Origin: Daphnia carinata
Lineage: Eukaryota
Direction: 5' to 3'
DNA length: 64,000 nt
NCBI RefSeq assembly: GCF_022539665.2
Contig: NC_081333.1
Coordinates: 6,262,001-6,326,000 of the forward strand
How positions within the stretch are numbered: the stretch's first letter is position 1; each line of letters starts with the position of its first letter. Both the position numbers and the translations under genes were made by a program. Below, piece after piece: positions 51,696 to 63,572 of this stretch. The notes under the pieces are model-generated. The model ran no database searches and was not told the DNA's origin. It saw only the letters and a list, made by a program, of their open reading frames with translations.

Positions 51696-54186
51696 CATGG
51701 TGTACTAGCATGGTGTAACAACTCTCCATTTTAAGGCCTATCTCGAATGAAGCCTGTTTCAGAGGAGGTGGGTGTGGCCTAACTGAGGTTAGATATAGCT
51801 AACGCCACCATCGGAACTACTTAGAAGTACTGAGGAGATGTACTAGTATCGCAGTAAGAGATTAATTACAAATACAGTGGTCTAATGGATAGAACACTCG
51901 ATAGCAGTACGGGAGTCTCGAGTTCTAACCTAGTATAAATCTTTCTTTTTTCTCCTTTCCTAACGTAAACTGGCCACGCGCGGCGCGTACAAACAACAAG
52001 TACAAACAAGATTTTTTTCCACTTCTTCCACATTTTATACGAACTAAACATAAAAATACGATAATATAACTACACAAAGGTTAGAAGTCAATTTTGGTAT
52101 GTAACAGGTAATGGGATAAGGGGACACGTTGTTTGGACTTAGAAAATTTTTCAAGAAGGTGCAGCCTTTACCTTTTACTTCAATATTGGCCACTAGGCGC
52201 CTCTGACAATATATAACCTAGACCCCAAACAGGCTTCAGCCGAGATAGGCCGTTATAACAAAGAGTTGTTACACCATGCTAGCAGAGTCATAGAGGAGAT
52301 GGTACATCATCTCCATGTTATAACTTCCCATAAGGCAGGGTCCCCATAACACACGATGTGCCGTGCAAAAATCACTGCCTCTAGTGGCAGAAATGTGAAC
52401 TGTACATGATTAACCAGCAAAAAAGAACGAAGTCCAAACATACAAGATATTCAAAATTCGTATCGTAGATGGTTATCGGGAACTTTTAAAACATGCAACA
52501 GCTTGTTTTCTATTTTGTATTAAACTAACCGAGTTTGGCCAACTTAAATTTTGTTTTTACATTACTATCATCTTTTGACAGGATTCTATCTTTAAATCGT
52601 TTTGCCTCCAAATGATATCTTACATTTACATATTCCATAATGAAAAATGGGAATGACTCTTGCCGATGGGAATCACAGAAGAATGGACGGAGGGATAGTA
52701 ACTTAATTTTAGACATACAAATATCATAGCTGTCCCGCACTAAATAGTGATTGTCATCATCAAAGTGAAACGATACCACTTTTTCAACTTCGCGAATGGT
52801 TTCATAAACGGGAATAGTAACAAAACACAGGCCGCCCCTTGAGCGGAAAGCGGTATAATCTTTGGCAATAAAGTCATCCGGTAAATTTTCATCTCTAATG
52901 GCTGATGCGTGACATTCTTTATAAACCGTTAATTGGTCCCGAGTGTGCATTACATAACCGGCCAAGTCGTGTATTATTTTGTTCTTCGTCGCATCACAAA
53001 ATTGATCTTTTGGCAATTCATCAACATATCTTATCGACAATTCTTCAAATAACTCGTCCTTTAGCAAAGCCTTGATAGTTGAAGCCTTTCGTTCGCAATG
53101 TTTAAATTGGTCAGCCCAACATTTGTTGTATGACACTAACTGGCGAACTTCCTCAAAATTATCGACGTTTGCATTCTGTAACTTGTGCTTCACTGTCTGT
53201 GTAATTGACATCTGTGAATAAAAATGATGATTGCATGTACAGATTGAAACAAAACACAAACTGTGATTAATTTTGTTGAAGTTCGACCAGTATTCAATGA
53301 TGTAGGAAAAACACAGCTTTGGGTGTCAAAGACATTATTAACTGTCTTGTTAGTTGAATTCAATGCGTTGACTGTTGAAAGAATCCTTCGAAGAGGGAAT
53401 CCATTATGTTGACTCGGCTTCTTGTTCTTGTCATCTGTGAATATAAATGAAGATTGAGTGTAATTATTTAAATAAGACACATAATACTATGCATTTTACA
53501 TACCTGTCTTTTCCATCAAATTTGGAATTTCACTTGGTGCGACTTCATCGGTGTTTCCTATTTAACACATGAATGAACAATGAATATAAAATCATTACAG
53601 TTCACATATTTATCAGGACAATATTTACCTTGTTTTATGGGCACAGCACCCTTCCTCAGTCTCCATCTTGGGTAAGGGTAAAATTTATCTTGAACGATTC
53701 TTCCCTTGATGATGTCAGCTTCGTGAAAGTGTTTACAACAGACAGTTGAACGGCAACTCAATTGAGATTTACCAATGATACTTTTCCAGATTTCTAACGA
53801 GTCTGTTGGTGGTTGGAAAAAAGTAACTTGAAATTCATTTTCCTTATTGTAATTAGAATTACAATGAGGAAAAATGCATCTTTTTCCTGTTTTTCTTGGG
53901 CATTTTACTCACACAGCCCCCTAGCTTATTTGGAAACAATGTGCTTTCTGGGTTTTTACAATGGCGGAATGAGAATTTCATTATTCAGTTAAACATTTAG
54001 TACGTAGGTGGTAGGGTTTTTTGCACGGGGACCTGTTTTCATTGGCTCTCAAGCGGGTGGGGTGGTTGGAGTGGGGTTGGGAGGAATCGTCAAACTTGGG
54101 AACACTTTCGAGAAATTTCTTATGGCAGTTATAACATGGAGATGATGTACCATCTCCTCTATGACTCTGCATGCTAGTACACCATG
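51696..54186. mobile_element. P-type MITE 1 (TIR CATGGTGTACTAGCATGGTGTAACAACTCT), split by a THAP element
   Basis: 7-bp TSD CTACAAG (51689-51695 and 54187-54193). The body (51696-52282) contains an A/B-box cassette. Confidence 0.8.
52283..54169 (-). mobile_element. Internally deleted P-superfamily element: THAP domain plus transposase C-terminus
   Basis: 42-bp TIR CAGAGTCATAGAGGAGATGGTACATCATCTCCATGTTATAAC and 8-bp TSD CATGCTAG. RCIFPHC...FFQPP...W...VCCKHF...LRKGAVP is a THAP domain, and LAGYV...SRGGL.FVT is the P-transposase C-terminus. No catalytic core. Confidence 0.88.
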
Positions 54187-54875
54187 CTACAAGGCATGGT
54201 GTACTAGCATGGTGTAACAACTCTTTGTTATAACGGCCTATCTCGGCTGAAGCCTGTTTGGGGTCTAGGTTATATATTGTCAGAGACGCCTAGTGGCCGA
54301 TATTGAAGTAAAAGGTAAATGCTGCACCTACTTGAAAAATTTTCTAAGTCCAAACAAGGGGACGTGTCCCATTATCCCATTACCTGTTACATATCAAAAT
54401 TAACTTCTAACCTTTGTGTAGTTATACTATCGTATTTTTATGTTTAGTTCGTATAAAATGTGGAAGAAGTGGGAAAAAATCTTGTTTTTACTTGTTTGTA
54501 CGCGCCGCACGTGGCCAGTTTACGTTAGGAAAGGAGAAAAAAAAAGTTTTATATTGGGTTCGAACTCGAGACTCCCGTACTGCAATCGAGAGTTATATCC
54601 ATTAGACCACTGCATTTGTAATTATTCTACTATCGCGGTACTAGTACATCTCCTCAGTACTTCTAAGTAGTTCCGATGGTGGCGTCGGCTATATCTAACC
54701 TCAGTTAGGCCACACCCACCTCGTCAGAAAACAGGCTTAATTGGAGATAGGCCTTAAAATGGAGAGTTGTTACACCATGCTAGCATAGATAAAGACGACT
54801 GGTTCGTCATGTCCATAAGACAAATAGCATGGGCTGCTGACGCAAAAATTTAGGGTACCCCTCCTACGATTTTTT

Positions 54876-56668
54876 CAACATGGTCTCCGCGAGTTGACTC
54901 GACCGTTCGGGTTCCCAGCGGCACCCCCATTCTTGCGTTTTGATTGGCTCTCCAGCTTTGATGCCAGTGGCAACCACCACTGAAAGAAAGCAAGCTGTTG
55001 ATGTGTCGTCTGCTTGTGCCGTCTGCGTGTCGTCTGCATCGATTTTAATTTTCAAAATAATTCAATTTTCAAATCACAAAATTACTAATCAAAAATCATA
55101 AAACGTTCCTGATATTAACACTGACATCTTTAACTACAACCCCTTGGATTCGACGGTAAGCGACTTTTTTGTTTCCGATGAACCATGATAATGTAAGTAG
55201 TTGTAATAATAATGTAAAGACTGTAAATATTTGAATATGAAAATAAACCGAATGAAAAAAATTTCTTTTTCTTTTTGTATTATAATAACGATAAGCCTAT
55301 AATAAGATAAATATAGAATCGTAAAACTGTTTTTGAATTTTATTGACGTTGATAATAATAGAAAGTTTAAAAATTGCGCCTAAAAATAATGGCACCCGTT
55401 TTCTCAATTGTGATTGGTTGTTTGTAATTTAGTATTTCCTTAACTAATTTGATAAATTTTTGTTGTTTAATACCCACGTAAACATTCCTCGTGAAACAAG
55501 GAATCTAGATATTACCTTTATAACATATAATAAGCCTAAAGAATGCCTAAACGAAGGGCCCAAAGTTTTCGGTTTTTCATAGTTTCCCTCCTCCCCATAC
55601 ACCGTCCAAAAATAAAATATTTATTAATGGACAAACTATTGGTCTAAAAAGAATAATTTTAATTGCAATGAATAGCCCATTGTAAGGGCTTTCGAGTTTC
55701 ATAAATTTAATGCAGCATTTCCATCACAAAAAAATATAAAAAATTTTATTTGCAAAGTTTTGCGATCCAAAGATGTAATAGACCCAAACGATAAAACGAC
55801 AAAAAATCTTTCGTTCCAGAAATTTTTTGGTTACCGAAATCCTACAGAATTAGAAAGCTCATACTAAGAGCTATTCGTTGAAATGAAAATAATTCATTTC
55901 AGACCGATAGTTTTTCCATTAATAAATATTTAATTTTTGGACGGTGTATGGGAGGAGGGGAAACTACGAAAAAATCGACAACTTTGGGCCCTTCGTTTAG
56001 GCATTCTTTAGGCTTATGATATGTTATTAAGGTATTATCTCGATTCTTTGTTTCACGAGGAATGTTTTCGTGGGTATTAAACAACAAAAACTTATCAAAT
56101 TAGTTAAGGAAATACTAAGTTACAAACAACCAATCACAATTGAGAAAACGGGTGCCATTATTTTTAGGCGCAATTTTTAAATTTTCTATTATTATCAGCG
56201 TAAATAAAATTCAAAAACAGTTTTACGATTCTATATTTATCTTATTGTATAGGCTTATTGTTATTATAATACAAAAAAAAAGAAAAATTTTCATTCTGTT
56301 TATTTTCATATTCAAATACTTACAGTCTTACATTATTATTACAACTACTTACATTATCACGGTTCACCGGAAACAAAAAAATCGCTTACCGTCGAGTCCA
56401 AGGGGTTGTAGTAAAAGATGTCAGTGTTGATATCAGGAACGTTTTATGATTTTTGATTAGTAATTTTGTGATTTGAAAATTGAATTATTTTGAAATTAAA
56501 ATCGATGCAGACGACACGCAGACGGTACAAGCAGACGACACATCAACAGCTTGCTTTCTTTCACTGGTGGTTGCCACTGGCATCAAAGCTGGAGAGCCAA
56601 TCAAAACGCAAGAATGGGGGTGCCGCTGGGAACCCGAACAGTCGAGTCAACTTGCGGAGACCATGTTG
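54876..56668. mobile_element. Foldback hAT-type element with TIRs of about 800 bp
   Basis: CAACATGGTCTC...GAGACCATGTTG ends and an 8-bp TSD GATTTTTT. The arms are reverse complements nearly to the centre. Confidence 0.88.
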
Positions 56669-57495
56669 GATTTTTTGGATCCTTACGCTGATTATACTGC
56701 CATCTAGTGGAGGTTTTGATCACTACTGAAGGTGTAAATAGCTTTCCATTAACCGCCATTGTTCGTGCCAGCTTGTGGCGTCCTGAAGCTAGGTTTGGCT
56801 TGAAAATGTCGTTCCCTAAAGAAAATAAGAATAGGATAGGTTTGTACAGTTTGATTTACGGAGTAATCTGTTATAATGTTGAAGGACCAAAGTAAATAAT
56901 AATTTAGTTTAAAGGTTACGATATGACAGACAGCTTTGGTAAATGGAAAAAAGGGAAACAAGAACTTGAAACTGTCATCTAACCAAAATTTGAAGAAAAT
57001 TGAGCCAAAAAACCAAGAGCCAGATAAAAAGCGAGGACCCATTGACATCGTCACTCGTAAAAAGCAACTCTTCTGAAGATATTTTCATTTCTAGCTTATT
57101 TACCAATATTGCAACTCGGGGTGTTTCTTCAGCTCAAGATCTCGATAGTAACAAAGTTGGTGTTGACCACAATAGTTTTACCCAAAAAATTTACACGAGG
57201 AACCATGCTTCCAATCCTGAAAGAACTGCAATATCGTCTAGCAGCTAAACTCTCATAATTCACAGGTATGTGTAAATCTTTATATTTAAGGAAGACCAGC
57301 CAGCCAGCTTATATCATCTATTTTCAGGGAGAAAATGAAACCCTAACTTGAGCGGAAGTTAGATCAATTGAAGAAGAGATACTTAAAAGGAAAAATAAAA
57401 AGGTGACGTCCAAAATAGCAAAACTTTCAACAACCAGAAAAAGTAAAAATTTTGGAAGGCAAAAGTAAAGTTGAGAAGGCAAGAAGCATTGTAGG

Positions 57496-57897
57496 TGTGA
57501 GGTTTGTCCGCTGAGGGAGACAAACTACACGAAATAAGATAGATAAGGATGTTTTGAGACTTACTGTGGGCTCATGGTGGAGAGCGGCGACTGGCGGAGA
57601 AATGACGCAACACAATTCAGTAAGTGACACAGGGTTTGTATTACAGCACTTTTGGCACGGAGCACCGTACACTTCGACTCACAAAAACAGACTGCTTTAC
57701 AATTTTTCGGGGAGAACATTTTATAGGTAAGTAGAAGGTCGAATTGGTTAGCACTTCGGGAAGGGCAGGGGATTTTGCCGTGTAAATTTAACACAGAGGT
57801 GCGAAAAGGGGCATGGGGCGGTTCTCGGAGGTTAAAGTCCTCCGTGGGAACCAAGGTCGGTGTGGGGAGAAGCGGTGCCGGTGGGTCGTCCCTTACA
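57496..57897. mobile_element. Solo LTR, 402 bp
   Basis: TGTGAGG...CCTTACA ends with a 4-bp TSD (TAGG). Absent from the related family copy at about 39925. Confidence 0.85.
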
Positions 57898-58882
57898 TAG
57901 GGAAACAGGCATTGGAAGGTTCTCTTCAAAGAGCTGAAGGTTTAAGGTAAACTTTCAGTTTGACAAAAAAATTTTAAGATCTTCAAAAATTTTTACCTTT
58001 CTGTATTACAATAGGTAAAAGACGATGTGAATTGCTTGCTAAATCAATTAAAAAACGCGATAAAATCAAATCACAAAGTAAAAATAAGTGGACCAATGCA
58101 TTGAAGAACAGAAAAGAAGAAAAGCTAACATTAAGAAACATGAAAAGAAAGAACCTAAACTAATGAAATAAGGCCAATTTATCATATTAATGAGCGATAC
58201 TGACTCTTGGATGAGTTAACTCGTGTTCTATTATGTCCAAAACGTGTTATAGTTTTGTATTAAAATACACTGGCATGATTCCCATGTTCGTGGAAAATTT
58301 TAAGTAACATATCTTTGATTCATTTAAAAAGATTTAATGGCTTAATCATAAACATTAACCACAGACACATCACATTAATCAACTTAACATTAATCTCAGA
58401 CTCAAAAAAAAGCTCTTTTATGGTGGAAAATGATTAAAATTGATTTTTCATTATTAGTACCTTTGTTAGCATCAAGACATAAGATTTTAATATTATTCCT
58501 ATAAACATTATTTATCAAATGTTAATAATAATGAGTTAGCCTACATGTAAACATATACTAGTTTTCAACGCCCGCCAAAAGTCCCTCAACCCTATTTCTA
58601 TTGGCGTTCATGCATGTAGTTCTTTCCTTTGTCCGCGAGAGGCACTGTAACTAGAGTAAGCATTTGGCTTTTTCTGCGTCAGTAGGGATAGGGCTAAAAG
58701 CATAGTACACCACGAACCAGTGGTCTTTATCTATGATGCTAGTACACCATGCTGCAAGGTTGTTCATTATTCACCATCGGGCAACACTGCTCAGTTTGAA
58801 AATTTAAGAAGCATATTTTCGTATTTGTACTGTTTTCATCACTAATGAGTTGTTACTTGTCTCTTTCTATAGAAGAGTCATA

Positions 58883-60685
58883 ATGGATAAAGAAAATAGA
58901 ACAAATTCGGTAAATTAGTTTGCAGCTTAGTTCTTGTAGAGCAACTTCGTATCCAATTTGTATTTTAGATTTTAAAGCCAACCACGAATCCATCAAATCA
59001 ACTACCAGGTTTTGAGTATGAAGAAGAACAAACGGAAAATTTTACTTTTTCACGGCGGAAATCTTTTAAGAAGCGTGTTAGCTTTGCCGGAAGGGATGAA
59101 ATAAAGTAAGCTCTTTTCTTTACACTTTCTACAGCTCATCAAACAGTAAAAGTAACTACTACCCAGGGAATTTCAAAAGCATGAAGTATTGACAGTTCAA
59201 AAGCTGGAAAAAGTATTAAATCAACTTCAGGATGAAACAGAATTTTTAAAAATGAATGAATTAGGCGGTTGGGATTCTGAAAAAGAAAATATAGACCAAC
59301 AGACTTTGGTACTGAGAGAAATATCTGTTGCACATGATTACATGGAAATTACAAGTTTAGCAACTATTGAATGTGACACAATTAAAAGCATTGCCCAAGA
59401 AATTGAATCTAGAGAAATGTCAAGCGGATATGACTGTATGGACATAACAACTATAGCAAGCGATGAATCCAACAAAAATGAAACCACTGTTCAAGAAGTT
59501 GAAATGGAAGTATGCTCCGATTCTGTTGTGCAAATTTCTGGTGTAATTACTGTCAAAAACCACACAGCAACAGAAGAATTTACACTGCCATGCATCCAGC
59601 CCATACTTATTGAAAATAATTTTTGTTGTGGCAAAAATTCTATGGAAATATCTGTTCCAGAGGTTGAAATACCAATAGTTCAAGAAAATACAATTCCTTC
59701 CTGTATGCCTAAAGAAGTGACAGTTAAACAGTCAAGCAAAGAATGTCATGAAATGATAATGGAAGATGTCAATACTAATTGCTCGTCAGAGCTTCTAAAA
59801 CCAACATTAAATGAAGCTGGAGTTATAATCTCTGAAATGGTCCAGCCAGACAGTTGCATGCTACAGAAATTTAGCAGTATTCAAGAACCTGTTCAAGAAG
59901 TGAAATCTTTATGCTCAGATGATTCAAATGAGTTTTTATTGCTTGCTAAGCAATTTAACTGGGAGGTTTTGTTCTTTGACAGTCTGTTAGTCTTTTCAAA
60001 AATCCATGACTATCTCACCTTGAAGCTCAAGCTTGATGCTGAATATACCTATCAAAATGTTAAGCATTATGTTGTGGAAGATATTGAGATTGACACCAGA
60101 AAAGGTAGTTTGAAATATCTATTGTGGTTTTCATAATTTTCTTTTAAATGATTTTCTTTTTCTTTCTCATTGAATTGCATTTTGGAAAAAGACGTGGAAC
60201 AGAAATGGACTAGGTTCGGACTGATGATTCTTGAAACCTCTTTGGAAAACAGTAACCTTAGAGAGGTATGCAGTAATACGCAAGATTTGCCGAAATTAAT
60301 GTATGTTGTTGAGGAGCACACTCGCATGTTTGTTGACTTTGCTACTGAAGATTCGCTAAAATTCGAGCTGTTGGCCAACCAACGATCTATCCGATTTCAT
60401 GCAGGTTACTCGGATTTTAACGTAACATTCGAATCATCAAATTTGGAAAACCTTTCCTGGGTACGAATTTCCTTGAATCTATTTCCTCGTTTACCCTTGT
60501 CAGCCAAAGACATATCGGTTGAAAGCATATTGGGGATAGTTAACAAAGCTGAAATAACAAACATGATTTCCAACATACGACCGAGTACCCTTTACTTGAC
60601 TCGCATTGCGGAATGTGTCGAGGATTTCCTGAAATTCCGATCTGTGGACAACGAAAGAAAAATGCTTAACTGTGCAAAACATTGA
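58883..60685 (+). CDS. KNL1: Kinetochore scaffold KNL1/Spc105-like (exons about 58883-58909, 58969-59105, 59167-60104 and 60171/60192-60685)
   Basis: The spliced N-terminus MDKENRTNS/ILKP...KKRVSFAG gives the SILK and RVSF PP1-docking motifs. MELT-like MEIT, MDIT and MEIS follow, and the C-terminal region resembles a tandem RWD (inferred). Confidence 0.8.
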
Positions 60686-60732
60686 AGTGTATAAATTTAC
60701 GGTTTTATTTTATGCATACACGATTCGGTTTT

Positions 60733-63572
60733 TTAAACTTTCATAGCTTGTAATATGGCTTCTCTTTCACGGATCATAAATTGTATGATGAGATTATGTA
60801 TATTTTCTTGACTTCGACTCATTTGCCGTTTCATTGCCGCGCGGAAGTCCTCTCTGGCACCCAAATCTCCTCTTCGAGTCGTCATTCTCCTTTGCCTAGA
60901 AAAGTAATTCAATTGCGAAAACAAAAATTTGGTAAAATAAAATAAAAACTATTGAACCAATAATTTTAGATGAAATTTAAGAGATCAGGTAAAAATTTTG
61001 CGACTTCCCAAAAGGCAAACCAAGGGGGATCCCCCGGGCCGAAATGGTTAACTTACGTGGCTAGCTGTGTGGCGGAAGGAGGAAAAATGTCCATATTAAT
61101 GGCTCCACCTTGATCCGTAACCAGAAACGCTATTTCTTCCAGAATGTCAACTTGAATTACGTAGGAAGAAAAAAGCTTATAGGTAAACTGTCCTTGTCGC
61201 CGAATTTTTTCTAAGCTTTCCTCTAGTAGGCTTGCATTGTTCGGCCAATCATACTGAAGTAAAACGATAAGATGACCCATAGCGAAATCGCAGTTGCCAT
61301 TCCTGAGAGCTTGATCCCGAAAGCATGCCACCAGAAGGCTAACAGAATACTGTACGATTTCTGTGTGGTTCAGCGCCATAAAATGTAATGGTGGCTTTAA
61401 ATGAGTGAAAGATACGAGGACGATTAAAACGTTGAACATCTTTTTGACAAATAATGAACACCTTTCCGTGGGGACTCGTAGAGCAAGGAATAATAATCGG
61501 ATGAGCTGATGGATCACTGCTTTCTGCTGACAAATCTGCAATAACATGTAGAATTTGTTCTGTGGCAGCCTATAAAGTAGAATGGAAAATTATGTAGGAA
61601 CTTTTGTTTTGCTTACTTTTTCCGATTTCTAAAATAACAAAATTTTAAAATAACACGTCAAGTGACTTACAAAATTATTTCTTAGACAAAAAGAAATGCC
61701 TGCTGATTTCAAAAGCAACGATTGTGGATTAAGTAAGGCTGAACTCAAAGATTGCAACTTTGTCAAGGCTTCCGAATATAGCCCTTGATATAGAAGAACA
61801 TCTGCAACGAAACTGGGTAACCAGAGCCACGTCTCTGTGCGCAGGTGACTGCAAATTTTTGCAAATTCGCTGCGTAGTTCTTCCGTCTGTTGAAGAAGTT
61901 CCCAGCAACTAACTGCAGTTAAGAAGCTTGATAACAAAGTGGTTGCAGTTGGAACATGGCATCCTTTTGTCACAGTCACGTGCAATGTTGAATATGAGCT
62001 GGAACTATCATCCTTCCGACGTTTCAATGCAGGCTCTTGGTCAATATTACTACTAGGGAGAATTGCAGGTACAAGTAATAAAGGTGTATAATCTATCTTG
62101 TTTCCTAGAATACATAGGTAAAGTATTTTAACATAATAAATTTTTTTTTTTACTAAATGGAAATTAAGTAAATTTTACCTTGATTTGGAATTTGAAAGCT
62201 TAGAGGATTTATTTTCCTTACATACTCATACAGCGATTCCACTAGCACCACTGTAGTACAGTATATTAACTGGCGAAAGTTTGGACTGTCTTCCCCCCCG
62301 AGCGGTGTGGAATGGTAGAAAGACCAAAGGTTTTGGCACATCAGCTCTCGGTTGCTACGAGTGTCGTACAAAAAGAATGTCGGTACTAACTGCCATACAA
62401 CAAAAGTTACGTGGTATGACAAGAAGAATACTTGATACTAAACATGGAACTGAGTTCCCAACCCAGTTTTCGGCCCATGGAAAACATTATTTTAAAAAGA
62501 TTTGTCCAAGCTTCCTCTGCTTTTAGTTCAGAGTCTTCCACTCCCTATTGACAAAACTTTAATTAAAAGTAAAACAGATCTCAAACCAGTAGCTTACCTG
62601 AATTAATGTTGACCCACTGGCAAACCAGCTGACATAGAAATCAACTGATTTCAAGATAAGTCTGTACAATTGTTTTTGAGGGACATCAATTGTCCTGGAG
62701 CTAAGCAATGTTGGTAGCAAGTCTACTACCAACAGTTTCCTAAAGCAATTAACAGGAGTCTGGTAGTGGCTATGCTTTTCACTTGTCAGCAAAGTATCCG
62801 CTAATTTTTTCTGCATTATAAAACAAGAATATTTTTTTAACTTCTTAAATTTACAAAATGTACATAAGATCAAAAGATACTCCATGAGTGTCAACAAATT
62901 GTGGTAGCATGGACAATAAAACTAGCATTAGTCGACAATGTTCCAATGTATCTTCTGCCCTTTCAGCCATAGCAAGTAATAGCTGATGCTGCACTTCTGT
63001 GAAATAAAACATTTGGCTTCACTGAAAATCAAAGAAAGTGAGCAACTGAACCAGCTTACCTGTAAGCATGTGCGAAAACATGTCACGATGAAACTGAGAT
63101 ATTAGGTTGCCATTGGCTTTCTGTAGGGCACATGTGATATGCTGCACCTCTTCCCATAATTCAGCCTCATTTGGAAAATCAAAGAATCTGCAGTTGTGAT
63201 ACATAAGATTGCTGAAAAAGATTGAAAAGTAATTTAGCTGTATACTTACAAGCTGGAAAAGTATCTGGCAGCTTCTTTGGGATTGTTGGCAGATTTTTGA
63301 GTAGTATATGCCTCAAGCTGAGCAAACGGAGCCATTTATAAGAACAACGAATTCGAAATTATCTTTACTGTTAGCACTGAAAGTAAGTAAAAACATCAAA
63401 GAAGCACACATACTTGGACAGCAAAATTTCGCGGGAACAATGTTTTGGCTGTTATCATCCAAGCTTTTGCCGTGGCAGCATCCTGTTTCTGGCTATTTTT
63501 TGTCCGGTAAATCACATAATCTTCGTCAGAGAGCTGATTTTCCTGCATTTCATCAATAACTCCCGTTCGCAT
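60733..63572 (-). CDS. INTS10: Integrator complex subunit 10, apparently intact, about 12 exons
   Basis: Motifs AKAWMITAKTLFP.NF.VQ, LEHCRLM, PVNCFRKLLV.D, GHLIVLLQYDWP, F.Y.LF..YVI..DILEE..FL, TRRG..G.REDFR.AMKRQ. The exons I checked join through GT-AG introns without stops. Confidence 0.92.

Larger units (their letters stand above)
54784..58735. mobile_element. Non-autonomous P-like element (CATAGATAAAGAC family)
   Basis: TIR CATAGATAAAGAC(G/C)ACTGGTTCGT and a 7-bp TSD ATGCTAG. Confidence 0.82.
54195..58751. mobile_element. P-type MITE 2 (inverted relative to MITE 1), split by a 4-kb P-like element
   Basis: Same TIRs as MITE 1, with TSD CTACAAGG/CTGCAAGG. Confidence 0.8.
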
